This document shows, one piece after another, positions 1 through 9,583 of a stretch of DNA of 64,000 nt. How positions within the stretch are numbered: position 1 is the stretch's first letter; every line of letters starts with the position of its first letter. A program made the position numbers and the translations under genes. Origin of the DNA: Actinomycetota bacterium (GTDB lineage: Bacteria; Actinomycetota; Actinomycetes; S36-B12; UBA5976); the NCBI GenBank assembly GCA_009923495.1, contig RFTJ01000005.1, positions 39,321 to 103,320 of the forward strand. The letters are read 5' to 3'. The notes below the pieces were generated by a model. That model was not told the origin of the DNA. It was given only the letters and a program-made list of their open reading frames with translations, and searched no databases.

Positions 1-572
1 TTTTTGTAGTTCGCCATAGGCTCGCCCATGCCCATAAACACGATATTGTTTACTCGGCCAACTCCACCAGCGATTTCATCATTAGCCAAAGCCCGCGCGC
101 CAACCATGATCTGTTCGACAATTTCTGCGGTGGAAAGATTACGAGTCAGGCCATTTTGACCAGTGGCACAAAATGGACAGTTCATTCCACAACCGGCTTG
201 TGACGATATGCACATAGTAACCCGCTCTGGGTAACGCATCAACACGCTCTCAACCAAAGCGCCATCAAAGAGTTTCCACACTTGCTTAACTGTGGTGCCA
301 CCGTCACAATCCAAAGTCTTCACTGAAGTTAACAGTGGTGGAAACAACTGAGCTGCAACATCACCACGCAACTCAGTAGGAATATCTGTCCACGACATAG
401 GATCATCGGATAGCCGACCAAAGAATTGCCGTGAAATTTGATCTGCTCGGAAAGCTGGCAGTCCGAGTTCGACTACTTTTTCCTTGCGCTCGGCAACTGA
501 TAAATCCAGCCAATGAGTTGGCGGCTTCTGGCGCTTTGGCGCAACCATAATTAACTCACCGGGTTCAAGCAT
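1..572 (-). CDS. rlmN: Radical-SAM rRNA/tRNA adenine-C2 methyltransferase RlmN, N-terminal ~190 aa (3' end outside window)
   Basis: Not in the ORF track because it runs off the left edge. Hand translation of the minus strand from ATG 572..570 gives [71 protein letters not shown]... and, in the same frame, [36 protein letters not shown]...[12 protein letters not shown]. It has the CxxxCxxC radical-SAM motif and the LPxFRxxQ N-terminus typical of RlmN. It lies downstream of cdsA as in other actinobacteria. An alternative start is ATG 548. Confidence 0.85.
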   Translation of the reverse strand, partial: MLEPGELIMVAPKRQKPPTHWLDLSVAERKEKVVELGLPAFRADQISRQFFGRLSDDPMSWTDIPTELRGDVAAQLFPPLLTSVKTLDCDGGTTVKQVWKLFDGALVESVLMRYPERVTMCISSQAGCGMNCPFCATGQNGLTRNLSTAEIVEQIMVGARALANDEIAGGVGRVNNIVFMGMGEPMANYK

Positions 573-598
573 GTCTTCAGCCTATTGGCTTTGGCAGG

Positions 599-1426
599 TT
601 AAACAAATAAACCGAATAGTAGCCAGGCAACGGCAGCATTTAATACTAAAGAATCCAGTCGGTCCATAATGCCACCGTGACCTGGAATTAATTGAGACAT
701 ATCTTTAATGCCGATGTCTCGCTTGATCATGGATTCGATCAGGTCGCCAAAAGTTGCCGTAACGGCCAATACCGCACCAACAATCGCACCTTTCCACCAA
801 GATTGCTCGAAGAGCAGGTGCCAGATAGCAATACCAATTGCAATTTCAAGCACGATAGCCCCGATTAGTCCCTCCCATGACTTCTTAGGTGAAATCTTTG
901 GCGCTAACGGATGCTTGCCAAAAAAGATCCCGACAAAGTAGCCGCCGATGTCTGCGCCAATTGTTAGCAAGACCAAGGCAAAAACTTTTTTAGCGCCATC
1001 CTCTTGAGCGGCCAAAAGAACGGCGAAACTTGCAAGAAGTGGCGCATAACTAATAATGAATATTGTTTTGCTTGCGTGTGATACGTAATCTTCTTGACCC
1101 GAAAATAACCTTGCTACCAGGACAAAGCCGATAGAAATTACAAAAGCGCCAAGAAGCCATTGCGGTCCACCAAAATAGGCCGATAACACCAAACTCGGCG
1201 CACACAACAATAGGACTTTGCGTAATGGCGCCGGCAGGTCAGTTGAAATTGCCCGAGCCAATTCGACTACCGCCAGCATCATGACAAAAGCGACTAATAG
1301 CGCAAAGACCACGGGCTTGAACCAAATACTTGCTGCAAAAATGGAAAAAAGTGCGACCCCAACCACAGTTGCAACGGGTAGATTTCGGCCCGCTCTGCCG
1401 TAACCAGTATCGGCTTGTTCGCTCAT
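599..1426 (-). CDS. cdsA: Phosphatidate cytidylyltransferase (CDP-diglyceride synthase)
   Basis: 275-aa polytopic membrane ORF with the C-terminal family signature SMIKRDIGIKDMSQLIPGHGGIMDRLDS. It sits in the frr-cdsA-rlmN context. Confidence 0.93.
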   Translation of the reverse strand: MSEQADTGYGRAGRNLPVATVVGVALFSIFAASIWFKPVVFALLVAFVMMLAVVELARAISTDLPAPLRKVLLLCAPSLVLSAYFGGPQWLLGAFVISIGFVLVARLFSGQEDYVSHASKTIFIISYAPLLASFAVLLAAQEDGAKKVFALVLLTIGADIGGYFVGIFFGKHPLAPKISPKKSWEGLIGAIVLEIAIGIAIWHLLFEQSWWKGAIVGAVLAVTATFGDLIESMIKRDIGIKDMSQLIPGHGGIMDRLDSLVLNAAVAWLLFGLFV

Positions 1427-1429
1427 AAC

Positions 1430-1987
1430 CTAAACCTCAAGAAGTTCAGACTCTTTATTCTTGAGCAGATCATCAATAGAACTAACGAACTTGCTCGTGA
1501 GTTCCTCAAGTGCTTTTTCGGCACGGGCTACATCGTCCTTGCCTGCATCGCCATCTTTACTTAGTTTCTCAAGCGCCTCTTTAGCGCTTCGGCGAATATT
1601 TCGCAACGATACGCGAGCTTCTTCTGCTTTAGCCTTAGCAACTTTTACATATTCCTTGCGTCGCTCTTCGGTTAGCTGAGGAAATGAAACTCGAATCACA
1701 TTTCCGTCATTTGTTGGATTTACGCCCAAGTCAGAATCTCGGATTGCTCGCTCAACTGAGCCCATCGCGCTCTTGTCGAATGGGGTTACCACTGCCATGC
1801 GAGCTTCTGGCGTTTGAATCGAGGCAACTTGCTGAATAGGGGTTGGCGAGCCGTAATAATCCACCATGATTTTGCTAAATATTGCCGCTGAGGCGCGACC
1901 AGCACGGATTGTGGTGAAATCTTCACGCGCTACTTCAAGCGCCTTAGTCATTTTCTCTTCAGCGTCTAACAAAATGTCATCAATCAT
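1430..1987 (-). CDS. frr: Ribosome recycling factor
   Basis: 185-aa ORF of typical RRF length and sequence (…[39 protein letters not shown]…), located between pyrH and cdsA. Confidence 0.95.
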   Translation of the reverse strand: MIDDILLDAEEKMTKALEVAREDFTTIRAGRASAAIFSKIMVDYYGSPTPIQQVASIQTPEARMAVVTPFDKSAMGSVERAIRDSDLGVNPTNDGNVIRVSFPQLTEERRKEYVKVAKAKAEEARVSLRNIRRSAKEALEKLSKDGDAGKDDVARAEKALEELTSKFVSSIDDLLKNKESELLEV

Positions 1988-2002
1988 GATGCCCTCTCCG
2001 GA

Positions 2003-2803
2003 TCAGGAACTAACTATTGTGCCGATTGATTCACCGTGAACCGCTCGAGCAATGTTGCCATCTTCTAATAAATTGAAAACCACAATCGGCAGATTGTTAT
2101 CTCGACACAAACTGATTGCAGTTGCGTCCGCAACTTTTAAGTTCTGGGCCAACACGTCGTCGTGCGTTAAATCTGAGTAGCGAAGCGCATTTGGATTTGT
2201 TCGCGGGTCACTGTCATAGACACCATCCACGCCCTTGGCCATCAAGACAACTTCGGCGCCGATTTCCAATGCTCGTTGCGCGGCGCACGTATCGGTACTG
2301 AAATAAGGGGCGCCCAAGCCTGCACCAAAAATCACCACGCGACCCTTTTCCAAGTGACGCTGTGCCTTGCGGGGAATGTAAGGCTCTGCCACTTGGCTCA
2401 TGGGAATCGCAGTTTGCACCCGAGTTTCTATGCCTTGCTTTTCCAAAAAGTCTTGCAAGGCTAAGCAGTTCATTACTGTACCCAACATGCCCATGTAATC
2501 TGCACGAGCCCGATCCATGCCTCCGTCTGAAAGTTGAGCTCCGCGGAAGTAATTTCCACCGCCAATCACGATGGCAACTTGCCGGCCTTCGCGAACCACA
2601 CCAGCTACTTGTCTGGCAATGTCACGAACTACTTCTGGGTCAACTCCAAGTTTGCCGTCGCCAGCGAATGCTTCGCCGGAGAGTTTCAGGAGCACTCGAT
2701 TCCAACCTCTTACTGGCACGGACGACCAACCAGTAGGGCTGCCTTGGGATTGCGATGAAGTCACGCCTCTATCTTGCCGTATGGCAAAGCAAAACCGCGC
2801 CAC
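2003..2803 (-). CDS. pyrH: UMP kinase
   Basis: UMP kinase core [11 protein letters not shown]…[13 protein letters not shown]…[16 protein letters not shown]. The ORF-track start (GTG 2803) adds about 35 N-terminal residues. An in-frame GTG at 2764 is a possible true start, so the start is uncertain. Confidence 0.9.
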   Translation of the reverse strand: MARFCFAIRQDRGVTSSQSQGSPTGWSSVPVRGWNRVLLKLSGEAFAGDGKLGVDPEVVRDIARQVAGVVREGRQVAIVIGGGNYFRGAQLSDGGMDRARADYMGMLGTVMNCLALQDFLEKQGIETRVQTAIPMSQVAEPYIPRKAQRHLEKGRVVIFGAGLGAPYFSTDTCAAQRALEIGAEVVLMAKGVDGVYDSDPRTNPNALRYSDLTHDDVLAQNLKVADATAISLCRDNNLPIVVFNLLEDGNIARAVHGESIGTIVSS

Positions 2804-2855
2804 ACTCCCCCAAAATTGTTACGGGCGCGGGCGCGGCTTAATTTTTGCTTAGGAG

Positions 2856-3668
2856 TTAAGCGCCAATCTCGAAACGGGTAAACCCAGTGACTGAGGTGCC
2901 AGCCTCATCAAGAATCTGCTTGACAGTCTTTTTATTATCGGTGACCGAAGACTGTTCCAGTAGAACATTTTCCTTGAAGAAGCCATTTACCCGACCTTCA
3001 ACAATCTTTGGTAATGCAGCTTCTGGCTTGCCTTCTTCTTTGGCAGTCTCTTCTGCAATACGCTTCTCGTTGTCCACGACTGAATCTGGAACTTCATCGC
3101 GAGTTAGGAAAGTTGGGCGCATAGCGGCAATCTGCATCGCCACTGAGCGAGCAACCTCTTCATCGCCAGAGTACTGAACCATTACACCAACTGCTGGTGG
3201 CAAGTCAGAAGCGCGGCGGTGTAGGTAGAGTGCGACGTCACCATCGTGAAGTGCGACTCGGCCCAACTCAAGCTTTTCGCCAATGACGCCAGCGCGACTT
3301 TCGATTTCTGCTCCTACGGTCGCACCGTTTGCCAGTGTCAATCCAAGGACTGCTTCATGGTCTGCATTCTTTGTACTGTTTACCAGTGCAGCGATCTCTG
3401 AAGCCAAAGACAGGAATTCACTGCTCTTAGCCACGAAGTCAGTTTCGCATAGCAGTTCAACGAGCGCTAAGCCATCTGCGGCAACTAGGCCAGCTGATGT
3501 TTCACGCTCAGCACCGCGCTTTGCAGCTTTGGCGGCACCAGAAATGCGAAGAATCTCTACGGCTTTATCGAAATCGCCTTCTGCCTCTTCAAGTGCTTTC
3601 TTACATTCCATCATTCCGGCTGAAGTCGCATCGCGAAGCTTCTTTACATCAGCGGCTGAAATTGACAT
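2856..3668 (-). CDS. tsf: Translation elongation factor Ts
   Basis: 270 aa with the EF-Ts N-terminal motif [34 protein letters not shown], immediately downstream of rpsB. Confidence 0.95.
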   Translation of the reverse strand: MSISAADVKKLRDATSAGMMECKKALEEAEGDFDKAVEILRISGAAKAAKRGAERETSAGLVAADGLALVELLCETDFVAKSSEFLSLASEIAALVNSTKNADHEAVLGLTLANGATVGAEIESRAGVIGEKLELGRVALHDGDVALYLHRRASDLPPAVGVMVQYSGDEEVARSVAMQIAAMRPTFLTRDEVPDSVVDNEKRIAEETAKEEGKPEAALPKIVEGRVNGFFKENVLLEQSSVTDNKKTVKQILDEAGTSVTGFTRFEIGA

Positions 3669-3732
3669 GTGTTATTGATCCTTAACTGTTGTTTGAATAC
3701 TTGATAAATCGGTAACTTGAGTGGGCCGGAAA

Positions 3733-4563
3733 TTATTCGGCTGTTGTTTCGGCCACAACTTCGGCAGATACCTCGGCAGGTGCTGCATCAGTGCTTGCTG
3801 AACCTTCAAGAAGTTCCTTTTCCCATTCGGCCAGTGGCTCAACGTCAGCTTCGGTTCCTGCTTCGGCAGCGCCTGACCGGGCAAGCAAACCTTCAGCAAT
3901 TGCGTCTGCGATGACACCAGTAAGTAGGCCAACTGCACGAAGTGCATCGTCGTTGCCTGGAATCGGGAAATCAACTACATCTGGATCGCAATTGGTGTCC
4001 AAAATACCAACAACGGGGATATTTAGTTTGCGTGCTTCGGAAACGGCTAAGTGCTCTTTGTTGGTATCGACTACCCAGATGATGCTCGGCACTTTACGCA
4101 TGTCTCGCAATCCACCTAGTGAGGTAGCTAACTTTTCCTTTTCACGAGAAAGCACTAGAAGTTCTTTCTTAGTTAGGCCAGATGCGGCAACGTTTGTGAA
4201 ATCCATCGCTTCTAGTTCTTTGAGGCGGGCAATGCGCTTTGATATGGTCTGGAAGTTAGTGAGCATTCCACCAAGCCAGCGATGATTAACATACGGCATA
4301 CCAACCCGAGTCGCTTGCTCAGCAATTGCCTCTTGTGCCTGCTTCTTTGTTCCAACAAATAGAACAGTTCCGCCGTTAGCGACAGTTTCTTTAACGAAAG
4401 CATGTGCGCGATCGATGTAGGAAAGTGACTGCTGCAAGTCGATGATGTAGATGCCATTACGCTCAGTGAAAATGAAGCGCTTCATCTTTGGGTTCCAGCG
4501 ACGAGTCTGGTGACCGAAGTGAACACCGTTTTCGAGTAGCTGGCGTGCTGAAATTACAGCCAT
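3733..4563 (-). CDS. rpsB: 30S ribosomal protein S2
   Basis: S2 core [27 protein letters not shown]…. I trimmed the ORF-track start (4596) to ATG 4563, which has AAGGAG 7 nt upstream. The C-terminal tail is Ala/Glu-rich. Confidence 0.93.
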   Translation of the reverse strand: MAVISARQLLENGVHFGHQTRRWNPKMKRFIFTERNGIYIIDLQQSLSYIDRAHAFVKETVANGGTVLFVGTKKQAQEAIAEQATRVGMPYVNHRWLGGMLTNFQTISKRIARLKELEAMDFTNVAASGLTKKELLVLSREKEKLATSLGGLRDMRKVPSIIWVVDTNKEHLAVSEARKLNIPVVGILDTNCDPDVVDFPIPGNDDALRAVGLLTGVIADAIAEGLLARSGAAEAGTEADVEPLAEWEKELLEGSASTDAAPAEVSAEVVAETTAE

Positions 4564-4843
4564 GATTCTTCTCCTTTTGAGCAAGCTTGCGCTCACTCCA
4601 TTGCGGTTTGTGCACTAGCGGTTGCTAATGCCCTAAGGTTCGGCGTTCCCGTCCACCTTGATTACTCAAGGACCGATGGTCTGGTGCGCCACAGTTGAAC
4701 CTGTGAAGTCACTCGTTGAACAAGTGCTTGACCTAGTTTAGAGGGGTTTTTGTCGGGCGCAAAACCCTAGGCCACAGGCAGACCCTGTCCACAATCTGCA
4801 ATCGTTGGCTCAATCGACTTGCTCTGCGATAAACAATCTATTT

Positions 4844-5428
4844 ATGTCCAAAAAGCTTGTTTTGCCTATGTTGATTGGGTTATTGACGACCTGCTTGCTC
4901 TGGCTTGCCGGCCAGAGTCAGGCTCAGCCCAAACCATACTGGCGGTTGCCACTAAATCAGGATCTTGAAATTACCAGAAGTTTTTCACCGCCAACACCGA
5001 ATTGGCTACCAGGGCATCGAGGAGTTGACCTAATGGCCCGAACTGGGCAATCAGTTTTTGCGCCAACTTCTGGTCAAGTTACATTCGTTGGCGACCTAGC
5101 CGGACGGGAAGTTTTAGTGCTAAAACATGGAGATGTTCGTTCCACTTATGAGCCCGTGCAGTCAAATTTGCGAGTCGGAGATCTGGTGAATCGCGGTTCA
5201 CTGATTGGTCAGCTTCGATGTGGCAAATCACACTGCTGCACGCTAGGTCATGTCACCTGTCTACATTGGGGTTTGCGGCGCGGCCTCAAATATCTAAATC
5301 CGCTCAGCAGACTCGAAATCGAGGTTACGTTAATTCCGCTTACAAAAAATCTAGCTAGGCACGGGGATGCGCCTGTTCAAAGACTGCGCGCAGTCGTTCC
5401 ATGGATACATGCGTATAAAGTTGCGTAG
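4844..5428 (+). CDS. Secreted/membrane-anchored M23 family metallopeptidase
   Basis: M23 motifs PGHRGVDL (HxxxD) and CLHWGLR, plus an N-terminal hydrophobic signal MSKKLVLPMLIGLLTTCLLWLAG. I trimmed the start from TTG 4805 to ATG 4844. The last 74 nt overlap the 3' end of xerC on the opposite strand. Confidence 0.75.
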   Translation: MSKKLVLPMLIGLLTTCLLWLAGQSQAQPKPYWRLPLNQDLEITRSFSPPTPNWLPGHRGVDLMARTGQSVFAPTSGQVTFVGDLAGREVLVLKHGDVRSTYEPVQSNLRVGDLVNRGSLIGQLRCGKSHCCTLGHVTCLHWGLRRGLKYLNPLSRLEIEVTLIPLTKNLARHGDAPVQRLRAVVPWIHAYKVA

Positions 5429-6275
5429 TTGCCAGGCTAGCGTGGCCAAGCATTTCTTGGACTGCTCTAATGTCGGCTCCGCCTTCGAGTAAGTGCGTCG
5501 CAGCCGAATGGCGCAAACCGTGTGGACTTAAGTCGGGAGCCCCGCCAAGACTTTGCAACACCTCGTGCACCATGGTGCGCACAACGCGTTGATCAATTCT
5601 TTTTCCGCGAGCACCCAAAAATACTGCGTTACCACTTTCCATCTTGGTCAATTCTGGACGTGCTTGCTCAAGATACTTTGCTAGTGCTGTGCTGGCAGCC
5701 GTGCCAAAGGGCACTACGCGCTGCTTATTACCTTTACCTATCACTCGGAGTGTCCTGCGACTTTGATCAATATCAGAAATGTTGAGTCCAACTAATTCGC
5801 CGACTCGAATACCTGTTGCGTAGAGCAGTTCCAAAATCGCCACATCTCGCACGTGAACTGGCGATTCGTCATCAGCGCGAAGTAGCGCAAGGTCCATTGC
5901 ATCAGTTGCTTGGGACTGCGCAAGTACGTGTGGCAGTTTTTTACCAACCTTTGGAATTACCAGTGCACTTGCTGGGTCGGAATCAATTATTTTGGTTCGA
6001 TGAGCCCAGGCAAAGAATGCTCTTATGGCGGTAGCTCGCCTGGCGATAGTGGCTGAACTTAATCCAGATGTTCGCTGCTGAGCCAACCAGCCGCGCAATT
6101 CAAATATTCCAACATCTGCTACGCGAGCGCAGTGCGCAGATTGGGCGAATTCGAAAAAACTGTGAATGTCTTTGCGGTAGGCAGCAATTGTATTTGGACT
6201 TCTACCCTGCTCTAATTCGACATATTGCAAGAATCGTGCGCAAGCAGAATCAAATTCCTGCAATTTCTCGGTCAC
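5355..6275 (-). CDS. xerC: Site-specific tyrosine recombinase XerC
   Basis: 306 aa. It has the Xer-type N-terminal core-binding domain (…RSPNTIAAYRKDI…) and the catalytic C-terminus HGLRHSAATHLLEGGADIRAVQEMLGHASLATTQLYTHV. Confidence 0.9.
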   Translation of the reverse strand: MTEKLQEFDSACARFLQYVELEQGRSPNTIAAYRKDIHSFFEFAQSAHCARVADVGIFELRGWLAQQRTSGLSSATIARRATAIRAFFAWAHRTKIIDSDPASALVIPKVGKKLPHVLAQSQATDAMDLALLRADDESPVHVRDVAILELLYATGIRVGELVGLNISDIDQSRRTLRVIGKGNKQRVVPFGTAASTALAKYLEQARPELTKMESGNAVFLGARGKRIDQRVVRTMVHEVLQSLGGAPDLSPHGLRHSAATHLLEGGADIRAVQEMLGHASLATTQLYTHVSMERLRAVFEQAHPRA

Positions 6276-6322
6276 TGTCCCACCCTGACAACATCAAACT
6301 AAAATTGCAAGCATTGAACCCC

Positions 6323-6358
6323 AAAAAAATAGTGGCCAAGCAAACCTTGGCCACTATT
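6323..6358 (-). terminator. Rho-independent terminator downstream of the TM2-domain gene
   Basis: Perfect 13-bp stem, AATAGTGGCCAAG (6328..6340) with CTTGGCCACTATT (6346..6358), and a 5-nt loop. The plus-strand A-run at 6323..6329 reads as a T-run on the minus strand. Confidence 0.75.
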
Positions 6359-6371
6359 TTGTCGCTTAAAA

Positions 6372-6662
6372 CTAGATGGTAGTCACATTCCTGGTGCGGA
6401 ACTGCAGTGGCCGTCCTTGTGCATCTGGCAGGTTTCCAGTGATTAGCAGGACGAAATCAATCAGTGCCCAGATTCCGCAGCCACCGAAAGTTATCAGTTT
6501 CAAAATACCCAATGCGGTATAGCCGAGATAGAACCGGTCAACGCCAAAAACTCCCAGCAACCAAGATAGAACTGATGCAACCACAAAGTCCTTAGGCGGC
6601 GCCTGAAAATTGTAGGTTGGCTGCATTGGTGGAGGGGGAAATGGTGAATTTGTCTCTGACAT
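6372..6662 (-). CDS. TM2 domain-containing small membrane protein
   Basis: 96 aa with a Pro-rich N-terminus, then two TM helices carrying the TM2 hallmark GVFGVDRFYLGYTALGILKLITFGGCGIWALIDF. Confidence 0.7.
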   Translation of the reverse strand: MSETNSPFPPPPMQPTYNFQAPPKDFVVASVLSWLLGVFGVDRFYLGYTALGILKLITFGGCGIWALIDFVLLITGNLPDAQGRPLQFRTRNVTTI

Positions 6663-6741
6663 GAAAGTCTCCTAAAAAATTTCTCAAAACGAGTTATCGG
6701 CTATTTTACAAGGAGTGCCAACAAAATTAGGGAATTTAGCC

Positions 6742-7599
6742 TCAACGAAACAGCAAATTTGGATTGGGCAATAATTTTGCATTGCCTGTGAAGATTTCTT
6801 GGTTAGTCCCAGCCGAACTCGCCGAGGTAATCGGACCAGGTACGCCCCACACTTGCCGACCAATCGCATTTGCCCAGTTAGATGTTGATAAGGCGCCAGA
6901 ACGCAACGCTGCCTCAACAACAACGGTTTGGCGGCCAAGTGCTGCAATGATGCGGTTGCGCACCAAGAAATTCTGTTTCCGTGCCACAGCGCCTATGGGA
7001 GCCTCACTAACAACCGCGCCACTTGCTGTGATTCGCTCGAGCAACCCCTGATGCGCACTCGGATAAGCGATATCTACACCGCACGCAAGTACGGCGATGG
7101 TTTGGCCGTTAGCAGCAAGCGCACCACGATGCGCTGACGCATCAATGCCAAATGCAGCACCGGAAACTACACATTGATCCAGATCAGCAGCTAATGTCCC
7201 GATCTCGCTGGCGATTCGTTGGCCATAGGCAGTAGCTGCTCTTGCGCCAACAACGGAGATTGAGTTCTGGACTACATCTGCCAGATTCACTTTGCCGGTT
7301 ACCCACAGCCCTATTGGGGCAGCAAAATCAAGGTCAGAAAGTTGCTCCGGCCAGTCAGCGTCTGTGGGCGTGATGAACTTAGCGCCACATTTTTCGGCTG
7401 ATGCAAGAACTCTCGGAATTTGCAGGACAGCATCGCTAATTCGCTGAACTATTACTTTCGGGCCAAAGCCAGCAAGCCAGCGATTGACAGATTCGGCAGC
7501 ACCAAACTGGGCAACCTCTTGGCCAATTCGTTCATCTCCAGGTAATTGCAGAGAACAGATCGCAATTCGTGCAGTTTGATCATCGGCTACTACGTCCAT
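6742..7599 (-). CDS. dprA: DNA-processing protein DprA (short form)
   Basis: DprA Rossmann core: SVVGARAATAYG…VVSGAAFGIDASAHRGALAANGQTIAVLACGVDIAYPSAH…VVSE…FLVRNRIIAAL…VVVEAALRSGALSTSNWA. It overlaps the upstream comM-like gene by 10 nt. At 285 aa it is shorter than many DprA proteins. Confidence 0.85.
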   Translation of the reverse strand: MDVVADDQTARIAICSLQLPGDERIGQEVAQFGAAESVNRWLAGFGPKVIVQRISDAVLQIPRVLASAEKCGAKFITPTDADWPEQLSDLDFAAPIGLWVTGKVNLADVVQNSISVVGARAATAYGQRIASEIGTLAADLDQCVVSGAAFGIDASAHRGALAANGQTIAVLACGVDIAYPSAHQGLLERITASGAVVSEAPIGAVARKQNFLVRNRIIAALGRQTVVVEAALRSGALSTSNWANAIGRQVWGVPGPITSASSAGTNQEIFTGNAKLLPNPNLLFR

Positions 7600-9104
7600 A
7601 AAGCACCGGCATCACGAAAAAATAGGGCTTGTTCTAAATCGGATTTCTCAGGCGGGCCACCTTGGCGTAAATCGGAAATAGTCCACGCAATGCGAAGTAC
7701 GCGATCAATGCCGCGAGCAGAATATCCACCACAGGTTTGACGAAGATAGCGCATTGCCGAATTGGTAATGGGAAAATCTTTTCGCAACACTGGCCCAGGT
7801 AGTTCTGCATTCGTTTTCCAGGGCAGATTGGAAAATCTTGCCCGCGCCTGGGCTCTAGCAGCCAATACTCTGGACTTAACTTGTGCTGTGTTCTCAACCT
7901 GCACATCAGATTCAAAATCTGCCATCGTTGGCTTGGATAGCGCTACTCGCAAATCTATTCGATCTAAAAGTGGTCCGGAAAGCCGAGCGAAATATTTTCT
8001 TCGCACCTGAACTGTACAAGTGCACTGGTCGCCTAAATCAACGTACATTCCGCATGGACAAGGATTTGTAGCTAGGACCAACTGAAATCTTGCAGGTAAT
8101 TTTGTGTTGAATTCAGCGCGCGATAATACAACTTCGCCAGATTCAAGTGGCACTCGTAATGCATCCAGAACTGTTCGATTAAATTCGGCGGCTTCATCTA
8201 AACAAAGCACACCGCCATGGGCCAGAGTGACCATGCCAACTCGCACCTGCCTTGACCCGCCGCCAATTAGAGACGTTGTAGTTGCACTGTGGTGGGGTGC
8301 GAGAAACGGTGGAGTACGAATCAAGCCTTGGGCTGGGTTAAGATAGCCAGCGATTGAATGGATTCCAGTCACTTCCACGGCAAGCTCATCACTTAGTTCT
8401 GGCAATAAACCTGGTAGCCGCGAGGACAACATGGTTTTACCTACACCAGGACTGCCAACCATTGCCAAATGGTGCCCACCGGCAGCGGCAATCTCTAGGG
8501 CTAATCGGGCATCAGTTTGCCCTCGAACATCTGCTAAGTCGGGAATTTCAACAGGGTCAACTGGCGGGACCTCAATCTGCTGGACTTCGAATGGTTCCCC
8601 TTTATAAAAAGCAACCGCATCAGATAGTGAACTAACACCAACAACCTTCAAATTTGGTACGAGTCTGGCTTCGGCAACCTGCGAATGAGGTAGCACGAGG
8701 GTGCTTATGCCATAGTTGCGTGCAGCCATGGCTGCAACTAAAACGCCCCTTACTTCATTGATCGACCCATCGAGTGAGAGCTCACCAATCGCTGCGACAT
8801 CTAAGCGCTGGGGTATTTGTTCGTGGGCGGCTAATAATGAAAGTGCTATGCCCAGATCTAACATGGCACCACGTTTTTGCACTGAAGCTGGTGACAATCC
8901 CACGGTGATTCTGCGCTCGCCCGGCCAATTAAGGCGTGAATTTTGAATGGCCGCTCGCACTCGATCTCGCGATTCGCCCACTGCAGTGTCCGCAAGTCCA
9001 ACCAAAGTTAAACCAGGTAAGCCCTGACTCAAGTAAGCCTCAATCGTGACGATTAGACCAGTAACGCCATTAATGATTGCGCCATGCGCCCGGGCCAGAC
9101 TCAT
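7590..9104 (-). CDS. YifB/ComM-family Mg-chelatase-like AAA+ ATPase
   Basis: 504 aa. It has a Lon-like N-domain, a Walker A motif MVGSPGVGKTM, GVLCLDEAAEF, and a C-terminal ChlI-like region. It sits in the conserved yraN-comM-dprA trio. Confidence 0.9.
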   Translation of the reverse strand: MSLARAHGAIINGVTGLIVTIEAYLSQGLPGLTLVGLADTAVGESRDRVRAAIQNSRLNWPGERRITVGLSPASVQKRGAMLDLGIALSLLAAHEQIPQRLDVAAIGELSLDGSINEVRGVLVAAMAARNYGISTLVLPHSQVAEARLVPNLKVVGVSSLSDAVAFYKGEPFEVQQIEVPPVDPVEIPDLADVRGQTDARLALEIAAAGGHHLAMVGSPGVGKTMLSSRLPGLLPELSDELAVEVTGIHSIAGYLNPAQGLIRTPPFLAPHHSATTTSLIGGGSRQVRVGMVTLAHGGVLCLDEAAEFNRTVLDALRVPLESGEVVLSRAEFNTKLPARFQLVLATNPCPCGMYVDLGDQCTCTVQVRRKYFARLSGPLLDRIDLRVALSKPTMADFESDVQVENTAQVKSRVLAARAQARARFSNLPWKTNAELPGPVLRKDFPITNSAMRYLRQTCGGYSARGIDRVLRIAWTISDLRQGGPPEKSDLEQALFFRDAGALWT

Positions 9105-9463
9105 TGACCGATGTCCACGATGTGGTGAATTTTGGGTGATGTTAAATCAGTGGCAAGTATTGCAATCACATCAAATCGCATACTATGGTGCGAAACTTTG
9201 TGCTCACAAAGCCAATTAAGAGCGGCTGCGCGCAAGTGCGTTAATTTAGCTGGAGTCACAGCTTCAGCTGGAAAGCCCCGACTTGTACTTCGACGGGTCT
9301 TAACTTCGCAAAAAACTAAGGTGTGCTCTGTCAGCGCAACAATATCCAATTCGCCCGAATTACTGCGCCAGTTTCGAGCCAGAATCACAAAGCCCTGGTC
9401 AACGAGATACTCAGCAGCTAGTTGTTCGCCAAATGCGCCTAGTTCTTTTGTGGAGAGGGACAT
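9101..9463 (-). CDS. yraN: YraN family (UPF0102) endonuclease-like protein
   Basis: 120 aa with the family pattern GAFGEQLAAEYL…GELDIVA…LVFCEVKTR. It overlaps the next gene by 4 nt. Confidence 0.85.
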   Translation of the reverse strand: MSLSTKELGAFGEQLAAEYLVDQGFVILARNWRSNSGELDIVALTEHTLVFCEVKTRRSTSRGFPAEAVTPAKLTHLRAAALNWLCEHKVSHHSMRFDVIAILATDLTSPKIHHIVDIGQ

Positions 9464-9533
9464 TGCCTTAGGATGGCAAATTTGCTGGTTCCGGAATTGC
9501 CCTACTTCGCTTCTGTTAAGTAAAACTTGCTGT

Positions 9534-9570
9534 GAAAAACTTAAAGCCCACCAGCGTCCTGGTGGGCTTT
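9534..9570 (-). terminator. Rho-independent terminator of the RTX-repeat gene
   Basis: Perfect 12-bp stem, AAAGCCCACCAG (9543..9554) with CTGGTGGGCTTT (9559..9570), and a 4-nt loop. On the minus strand it is followed by AAGTTTTTC. Confidence 0.75.
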
Positions 9571-9583
9571 AGTTTTGGATTAG

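Noticed and set aside
4597-4804. A long (~240 nt counting from the trimmed start) untranslated region upstream of rpsB that might hold an S2 autoregulatory leader.
   Set aside because: The described rpsB leader structures that I know are from other phyla, and I could not identify a convincing conserved pseudoknot or hairpin by eye.
5355-5428. A 74-nt convergent overlap between the M23 peptidase 3' end and the xerC 3' end.
   Set aside because: It may be real, or the peptidase tail may be non-functional read-on. There is no frameshift signature, and I cannot decide without homologue alignment. I noted it in the feature evidence and did not raise it as a finding.
5355-6275. A tyrosine recombinase that could mark an integrated mobile element.
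   Set aside because: The sequence and length are XerC/XerD-like. It sits in the conserved rpsB-M23-xerC-dprA backbone, and there are no flanking tRNA gene, direct repeats or phage/transposon genes.
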